Assembly (NCBI GenBank): GCA_951406725.2
Contig: OX597833.1
Location: forward strand, 27,342,001 to 27,406,000
Length of the DNA: 64,000 nucleotides
Source of the DNA: Octopus vulgaris
Lineage: Eukaryota
Reading direction: 5' to 3'
The notes under the pieces were generated by a model. That model did not search any database. It was given only the letters and a program-made list of their open reading frames with translations, and was not told where the DNA came from. The position numbers were made by a program, and so were the translations under genes. Of the stretch, positions 51,420 to 64,000 are shown piece by piece. Every line of letters begins with the position of its first letter. Position 1 is the stretch's first letter.

Positions 51420-53095
51420 TGTTGTGGAAAGAGACATAACACCCCCTGCGAGAACAGACTTGTCCGAACGACTATAGATAGTAGCTGTCTGAGTGAAAGA
51501 TAGAACAGTAGGTGTTAATCGCAGGAAGTCGTAAGGTGTGGTTTTGGTAGTTTGGGGGAATATCGTTTGCTGGTTGGTTGGCAACGAAGATTCGATACTC
51601 ACGCGAGTCAGTTAACAAATTTTCGTGATACAATGTTGTTAATTATGAAAGACCTATTAGCTTCGACTATACAGTTGCAAAAGCAACTGCATGAACAGAA
51701 ACAAAAGATGCAAAAACAACTACTCCAGCAACAAGAAAAACAACTGCAGTTAATGTAGCTATGCCTTAAGAAGTCCAGTGTACTTTAGAAGGTACGAAGA
51801 AATTTTCAGGGAAGAATGCAAGTCGTGGACGGACGACGGAAAAGTAAGACTATTATTACGTAAATTAGTGTCGGCTGAACATGAAAAATATTGTAATTTC
51901 ATACTACCCAAAATAACTAGTGGAATTTGTTTCCAGGAAACAGACAAACTACTATCAAAAATACTCAGTGATAAGAGTTCACTATTTAACACTCGGTGGG
52001 AGTGTTGGACTCCAGTTAAAAGAAAGGATGAATATTTTGTCACGTATGGCGGGACTGTAAACCGAATGTGCAAAAGGTTTAAACTGAAGGAATTAACTCC
52101 TGATATGTTTAAGTGCCTCGTTTTTGTACAAAGGCTTACGGCAAAGAAAGATACCGAGATACATGCAAGAATTCACACAAAACTTGAACAAGCGGACCAC
52201 AGTTTAATCCTGCAGACAGTTGCAGAGGAGTGTCAAAGAATGGTAAATTTACGTCAGGATGTAAAGAATATTGCAGATGAGTTCTCACACGTATAAGCGT
52301 GCCGACCGGGAAAGTATAAGCAAAAAAAGTTAGGACCAAACCCATGCTACGGATGTGGAGCCCTACATTTCAGGAATGATTGTCCATTCGAGACGCAAAA
52401 ATGTTACAGTTGCCAAAAAGTAGGACCCAAGGGTTTAACATTGCAGAGCAATGTTAGGAAGGTCGAACATGAAAAATTCTAAAGTTTTCTCAACGGAAAA
52501 TAGAAGCGTCACCGAAAAGATGAAATTTCTACATGTAAAAGTAAACGAAATGAATATTAAATTACAACTAGATACTAGTAGCGATATCTCGATTATTAAT
52601 ACCGACATATGGATAAGAATTGACAAGCTTACGTTAAAAAAAAACATAAAAAATTGCACGAGGCGTGACAGGTGAAAAACTACACTTCGTGGGCGAAATG
52701 TGGAGTGATATCACATTTCGGGGAAAAACCTGTATAGCTAGTCTTCGTGGTAAAAAGCGCAACCAATCAGTTCGGTATGGATTTCTTGGAGTTTTTGACT
52801 TATGGGACCTCCCCATAAGTCTGTTCTGCAAAAATATAAATAGCTGTTCCACCAGTGAAAACAACTCAGCAGCTGAATTGAAGAAAACATTTTTAATGAT
52901 TACTGAAGTACTGTCGGATAAATTAGGTCTCTGTTCTAAGACTGAGGCCTGTTTTCAAATAAAGGAAACGTCGTACCTGTATTCACACCTAATAGAAACG
53001 TACCATTTGCTGCGATAACGCAGGAAGAGGAAGAATAAGACAGACTGGAGAAATTGGGAATTATTAAAAAAGTAGATTATCCTACACTGTGTGTA
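51420..53095 (+). mobile_element. decayed Gypsy LTR retrotransposon 5' portion (LTR, gag, protease, start of RT)
   Basis: LTR start TGTTGTGG shared with 59414; gag YFRRYEEIFREEC..W.D..KVRLLLRKL; knuckle CYGCGALHFRNDC; protease LQLDTSSDISII; multiple frameshifts. Confidence 0.88.
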
Positions 53096-53109
53096 TGAAA
53101 ACAAAAAAT

Positions 53110-53302
53110 AACAATACAGTTCTATATTTAAGAGATGATGAATTATGTATATTATTTACATTTGACGGATATTTGTCCTCATCTTGTTTGTTGTTAACAC
53201 AACGTTTCGGCTGATATACCCTCCAGCCTTTATCAGGTGCCTTGGGGAAATTTCTGACTTGGGTTCTCATTCCTCAGGTATATTTCGATGTTGTTGTTGT
53301 TG

Positions 53303-53365
<63 letters not shown>

Positions 53366-53438
53366 TCACTGCCTGGAATCGAACTCGGGATCTTGGAGTT
53401 AGTAGACCGGGCTCTTAATCTCTACGCCATATGGCCAC
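53110..53438 (-). mobile_element. tRNA-headed short element with internal (AAT/AAC)n and minimal hammerhead at 53197-53240
   Basis: Head at 53361-53438 is homologous to 41076-41134; HHR reads GGCAC-CTGATAA-A-GGCTG-10nt-CAGCC-GAAAC-GTT-GTGTT (core G-to-A change). Confidence 0.75.
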
Positions 53439-53573
53439 GACATGTTCGATGTGCCAGCACCGAAAGAGACTGAGCCTGGAAGGAGCAGTAAAAGAAAACG
53501 TAAACAGACTGAACATTTAGAAATAAACTCTCTGGGGAAGCAAAATTTCAAAAAAGGAGAGGTGAGGGAAAGA

Positions 53574-55424
<1,851 letters not shown>

Positions 55425-55467
55425 TAATAATAATAATAATAATAATAATGATAATAATAATAATAAT

Positions 55468-57427
<1,960 letters not shown>

Positions 57428-57428
<1 letters not shown>

Positions 57429-58195
57429 CAGGACTCAAAGCAGAGACAGAGGGATTTTTAATTGCAGCACAAGACCAAAGCCTCCCCACCAGAAATTACC
57501 AAAAACATGTAATGAAAAGAAATATAACAAGTAACTGCAGAATATGTGGAGATGGACAAGAAACAATAAATCATATTACCTCTGGCTGCCCAGTCCTGGC
57601 TAAAAAGGAATATATTCACAGAAATGACAGAGTTGGAACCTACATACCCTGGAAGCTATGCCAACATTATGGAATAACAACAGAAAAAAGATGGTATAGG
57701 CACACACCAGAAAAGGTCACAGAAAACGAGAAAGCAACCATACTCTGGGATATGCCGATACACACAGATAGAGAAATTAAGGTCAACAGACCAGATATAG
57801 TTGTCAGAGATGATGAAGGAAAAAAATGCTTTCTAATTGATGTATCAATACCGGCAGATGACAACGTGTCTCTAAAAGAAATGGAGAAACTTTCAAAATA
57901 CAAAGACCTGGAAATGGAGGTAACCAGAATGTGGAATCTAAAAACAGAAACAATTCCTATCATAGTAGGTGCATTAGGCATGATAAAAAAATATTCAGAC
58001 AAATACATAACAAAGACACCAGGACTTACAAACACATATAACTTACAGAAAATTGCACTACTAGGCACTGCACACATCCTACGCAGAACACTTTCCATAC
58101 AATAACCATCAGAGCATCACAACAAATCACAGCACATACCCAAGGCACACAGAGCTCGATAGTGAAGTGAAAGCACGCTATAAAAAATAAAACTA

Positions 58196-58198
<3 letters not shown>
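57428..58198 (+). mobile_element. R4/Dong-like LINE 3' copy 4, with open CCHC-RLE frame 57512-58105
   Basis: Highly similar to 54531-55292; uninterrupted CRIC..H..C, RHD-type (here RND) motif and PD..D..K frame. Confidence 0.93.
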
Positions 58199-58272
<74 letters not shown>

Positions 58273-58292
58273 TAATAATAATAATAATAATA

Positions 58293-59338
<1,046 letters not shown>

Positions 59339-59413
59339 ATAATAATAAAGTAAACTTCGTTTCCTACGGAATATTATTTCTTTCCAACACCTCTCCCTTT
59401 TTGAAAGGGGAGA

Positions 59414-59659
59414 TGTTGTGGCGAGAGGCACGACACCCCTGCGAGAACAGACTTGACCGAATAATTATAAATCGTAACGGTCTGAGTAGTAAGAGATAGT
59501 TGAAAGGTGTCCTTTTGGTAGTTTGTCGGAATGTCGTTTGTTGGTTCGTGGAGAGTTTGTTGGATTGTTATGTTGTTGTCACCTTGCTTCGTTACATATT
59601 TTACTGTTACTACACGGTTATAGTGTAAGCAAGAATCTTCAAAAATAATTGATACTACA
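59414..59659 (+). mobile_element. Gypsy LTR flanked by both a polypurine tract and a PBS
   Basis: GAAAGGGGAGA|TGTTGTGG...TACTACA, then TGGCGATGAG at 59665; shares ACACCCCTGCGAGAACAGACTTG with the LTR at 51420. Confidence 0.78.
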
Positions 59660-59884
59660 ATAATTGGCGATGAGTAACAACGTTACAATACATACAAACA
59701 TACGTACGTGTGTACGTACATACATACACTAATACATACATATATACATACATACATACATACATACATACATACATACATACATGCATGCGTGCATGCA
59801 TGCATACATACATACATACATACATACAAACATAGATACATACATACATACATGCATACATACATACATACATACATACATACA

Positions 59885-59915
<31 letters not shown>

Positions 59916-60202
59916 CCACGTACAAATTCAAATATTTATGTATTTATCCTTGCATACTTACAGAACCTATACACATGCACATATATGCATATATGCATAT
60001 GATTCCACCCGGATTACCACTGGATATACTCACAGATTTCACTACACTCTTCTGTTAATGAAAAATCGCACCAATAAACCACGACGGTTGAACATTTTTG
60101 AACTTTTCGTTTTTTCTTACGTTGTTACATTACCTTTCTCTCTCCATTTCTCATTTTCGTTAAGTCTCTTTTCCCCAACCAGCTGCATTGCTTGATCGCA
60201 CA

Positions 60203-60280
<78 letters not shown>

Positions 60281-60336
60281 CGTGAATGTGTGTTATATGT
60301 ATGTCGTATATATATATGTGTGTGCCTACATGAATG

Positions 60337-60388
<52 letters not shown>

Positions 60389-61232
60389 AGTATATTATAT
60401 ATATTTTCATGCTTGTTCATGTGCGTATGCAAAATAGATTTTCCTTTAATCATGTAAGTTTCTTTCATGTATTCTATTTTTCTTATGTCTATTTATTTAA
60501 CTAAATCCTTTAACCCAGAATGGCTTAGTTGTAGGAAGAAGGCCAATATCCACGAAGCTTACCAAGAACCCCGCCACCGTGGCTGATTGGAAAGAAAAAG
60601 AGATCAAAACCTTGATTTGTGGGTTGAAGCAGCAGGCGATACCGCATTCTCTTAGTTTCGTGCTGGTTTTTAATCAAGAATTTATTTCCTCGTTTAATTT
60701 AAATCAATAAATTTCCTAGTGTTATCTTGTACAGGATGGTGGTGGTGATGTTGTTGTTGCTGTTGCTTTTGCTGGTGGTAGTATCGAGGATGTATTCCTT
60801 GTTTGTTTCCCTTCCTCTTGTAATTGCTGTCGTTAATGCATTTTTCATCTTGTAGGGTTGATGTTACTGTTGTTGTTGTTTGCTGTACCTGCTGCTGCGT
60901 TTGTTGGGCTGTTTGTTTTTACGTATTGTTTAAGTAATTGTTTTTGTTGGTGGTTTTGCATGTCACTTTCGTCATTTCGTTGTTATTGTTGTTGTTGTTT
61001 TTGTGGTTGCTGTTGTAGAAGGACTTGTTGATGGTGTGTTTTTATTGCTTTTGCTTGTTTTTTGTTCTTTAACCATAGGTTGGTGCTGATTCAGCAAACC
61101 TATGATAAGAATCGTCCTGACATGATCATCTAACCTAATCACAGAATGGAGAGGAGACTCTACTATTATTTCTAGCAAAGTCGAGTGGCCATAAATAAAG
61201 ATGAATTATTGTTGTATATGAGTGTGTATTTT

Positions 61233-61274
<42 letters not shown>

Positions 61275-61372
61275 GATAATAATAATATGAGGGAATTTTA
61301 TTCCAAACTTACAGGGAAAAATTCAATTTAGAAATCCTAGATCAAATTTCACAAAATATAATATATATATAT

Positions 61373-61533
61373 TATAAATTAGAAAACAAAACACCTTTTA
61401 TCAATTCAATAATGAAAAATTAAATTATACCATCTAGAAAATGATATATTTCTATAATATGTAATTTTCTAGATGTGTAATTCATTTTTTTATATTTTTG
61501 AATTGATAAAAGGTGGGTTTTTTCTAATTTATA
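61373..61533. repeat. AT-rich palindromic (MITE-like) element
   Basis: ATAAATTAGAAAA...CACCTTTTATCAATTCAA...TCTAGAAAAT mirrored by ATTTTCTAGA...TTGAATTGATAAAAGGTG...TTTTCTAATTTAT. Confidence 0.7.
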
Positions 61534-61541
61534 TATATATA

Positions 61542-62821
61542 CGAGGGGCGTTCAATAAGTAATGTCTCTGACCCACTCCCCATAGCAGTAGAGCAACGAA
61601 ACTTGGCACAGTTATTAGTCTTTTTCTACATAGTAACCACCCAGAGTTACGCATTTCTCCCATCGGTTGATGCAGCTCTGAAGACCGTTTCTGTGGAAGA
61701 CACCAGCTTGGTCCTCCAGCCACGACGTGACTTCAGAAATCAAGGCTGCATCATCTGGGAAACGCTTTCCTCTCAAAAACAACTCCATGGCTGGGAAGAG
61801 GTGAAAATCAGAAGGTGCAAGGTCAGAAGAGGATGGGGGAGGAGTTCATAGCCGCACGCCTGTGCTTCTGATCTGGCGACACGCGAGTTGTGCACCAGAG
61901 CGTTGTCCTGCAGGAGGAGGATGCCTTTGCTGATCTTGCCCCGCCTCTTGATTTTGATAGCTTCTCTTAATTTCCTCAAAAGTGAAGCATAATAGGCTCC
62001 TGTAATTGTGGCACCATTTGCCAGGAAATCTGTCATCACTACTCCGTCCTGGTCCCAGAAGACTGTGAGCATGACCTTGCTAGCGGAGGGCTGCACCCTT
62101 GCCTTCTTTGGAGGAGGGGAGTCACGGTGCTTCCACTGCATTGACTGGGCTTTGGTCTCTGGATCATAGTGATGGACCCAGGTTTCATCCTGTGTAATCA
62201 GTCTTTTGAAAAATTTTGACTCATCTTGGCACATCTCAAATTCATCCTCGAGCAATCGACGCGTTCTTGCTTCTGGAAAGATGTGAGCAACCTGGGAATC
62301 CATCTGGCAGACACCTTTTGCATATGCAAATGGTCATGAATGATAGTTTCCACAGACCCGGTACTAATCTTGACCTCATGGGCTATTTCACGAATAGTTA
62401 TGCGTCGATCTTCCAAAATGGCAGCCTCAACTTGACGGACAGATGCCTCATCAATGGCAGAAGGGGGCGACCAGATCTGGGAGCTGTTTCCACAGAGTTC
62501 CAACCATGTTTGAATTCACGATGCCAGCGTTTTACAAGTTCATATGATGGGGCATTATCACGATAAGTTACTTTCATTTCATCAAAAGTCTCCCGTGGTG
62601 TGCGTCCTTTCAAATACAAAAACCGGATCACTGCTCGACATTCAACAGACTCCATTTCACACTTGACTCAGTTCAAACACCTGTAAATCAGAAACCACAA
62701 TTAGTTTGAGCTCTAATTTGCCACTTAATCTATAGAGATATAAGTAATTGCACATGCAAAATTTCAGCTAGATCGAACAACTTCAAGTGGATCAGGGGCA
62801 TTACTTATTGAACGCCCCTCG
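61542..62821 (-). mobile_element. full-length (1280 bp) mariner element with frameshifted DD34D transposase
   Basis: TIRs CGAGGGGCGTTCAATAAGTAATG / CATTACTTATTGAACGCCCCTCG, TA flanks; peptides RAVIRFLYLKG, VSARWIPRLLT, ITQDETWVHHYDPE, LLQDNA..H over ORFs spanning 62655-61773. Confidence 0.95.
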
Positions 62822-63134
62822 TATATATATTTATAATTAATTATTGATTGAGGATAGACGAAGTACTAGCGGTGGTAGAAATAAAAGTCGAAAACTTCTC
62901 AAATAAGCCACCATTTCACTGAAAATTCAACAGGCTGATGAAAATCGAGGAACGGGCAAGATTTAACTTACCATTGCGGTTGAAAGTCGCAAGTGAGGAT
63001 CACATATATACCTATATCTTGTACCCTCAATTATAATTGATAATTAACTATAAATTTATGAATTTGCCTTTTTGGCTTTAATGCTAGCTGGCCATTTATA
63101 TTATTGCTATTATTTATTAATAATAATAATATTA

Positions 63135-63355
63135 CTTTTTACTTTTTTTACTTTTTACTTGTTTCAGTCTTGTTTTACTTGTTTAGTCGAGCAAATCGAC
63201 CCCAGGACTTATTCTTTGTAAGTCTAGTACTTATTCTATCGGTCTCTTTTGCCGAACCGCTAAGTTACGGGAACGTAAACATACCAGCATCGGTTGTCAA
63301 GCGATGCTGGGGGGACAAACGCAGACACACAAACATATACACATACATATATCTA
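63135..63355 (-). mobile_element. SINE family B 3' half, interrupted by the RTE LINE
   Basis: Reverse complement of the family B 3' part, up to its internal microsatellite. Confidence 0.8.
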
Positions 63356-63356
63356 T

Positions 63357-64000
63357 CTATCCGCTCAGTCGAAGTCGACTCTCGGTTACTCGTTGGATCA
63401 GTGTCCTCCAGTCAGTTCTATCCTGGGCCGCTTCTTTCAGATTGGCTATGTCCATTCCGGTATCACTCTTGATTGTGTCAAGCCAGCGGGTTCTTGGTCG
63501 GCCTCTTCCTCTCTTGCCACTGACCATTCCGAGCATGATGTCCTTCTCCAGGGATTTTCTCCGCATAATATGACCGAAATATGCCAATCTGTGCTTGGTG
63601 ATCCTAGCTTCTAGCGACATTTTCGGCCTGATCTGCTTAAGAACTTCTCCACTGGTGAGCCTCGCTGTCCATGGAATCCGTAAAAGTCTTCTCCAACACC
63701 AAAGCTCGAATGCATTAATTCTCTTCTGGTCAGCTTTCTTTAGTGTCCAGGTCTCGCATCCATATGTTGCTATTGGGAAGACAATTGCATTCACCAATCT
63801 GCATTTGGTAGCGAGTCTGATGTCTCTACTCTTCCAGACCCTGCTCATGCTGACCATTGCCTCTCTGCCAAGTACTATCCGCCGTCTTATTTCTGGAGTG
63901 CAGTCACCATCTCGATTTATTTTGGAGCCAAGGAAGATGAAATCATCAGCCACTTCGATCTCTTCATTATCGATCTTGATGCTGATGTTTGTTGTGGCTG
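63357..64000 (-). CDS. RTE-clade (BovB-like) LINE ORF C-terminus, open to the window edge
   Basis: EVADDFIFLGSKI..DGDC..EI.RRI.LGR.AM...TK.RLV.A.VFPI.TYGCETWT.KK...RI.AFELWCWRRLLR.PWTAR...YFGHIMRR..LEK..MLG..GKR.RGRPR.RWLD; no stops in 63357-64000. Confidence 0.92.
   Translation of the reverse strand, partial: ATTNISIKIDNEEIEVADDFIFLGSKINRDGDCTPEIRRRIVLGREAMVSMSRVWKSRDIRLATKCRLVNAIVFPIATYGCETWTLKKADQKRINAFELWCWRRLLRIPWTARLTSGEVLKQIRPKMSLEARITKHRLAYFGHIMRRKSLEKDIMLGMVSGKRGRGRPRTRWLDTIKSDTGMDIANLKEAAQDRTDWRTLIQRVTESRLRLSG

Overview
This is an AT-rich, microsatellite-saturated eukaryotic (animal) window with no recognisable host protein-coding exon. The SINE families and repeat landscape look like an Octopus/coleoid cephalopod genome, but that is inference from recall, not a database result. 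Almost every long ORF in the track is either a translated microsatellite or a decayed transposon. Transposon content: Tc1/mariner elements and MITEs, two RepHel Helitron relics, a non-autonomous Helitron, a Helentron/HINE-like element, Gypsy LTR remnants, two Penelope-like RT fragments, an RTE LINE, a cluster of R4/Dong-like RLE LINEs sitting in (TAA)n, and more than 30 tRNA-derived SINE copies or fragments. The most notable signal is a set of hammerhead ribozyme (HHR) motifs, all on the minus strand. A 352-bp tandem unit (14765-15340) carries two complete type I hammerheads and extensive internal self-complementarity, making it a candidate retrozyme that could yield a 352-nt circular RNA. Several short Penelope-associated elements carry minimal HHRs, one of them fused to a tRNA-like Pol III head. 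A few unique islands carry dense transcription-factor-site clusters. Coordinates were read by eye, and boundaries of decayed elements are approximate.
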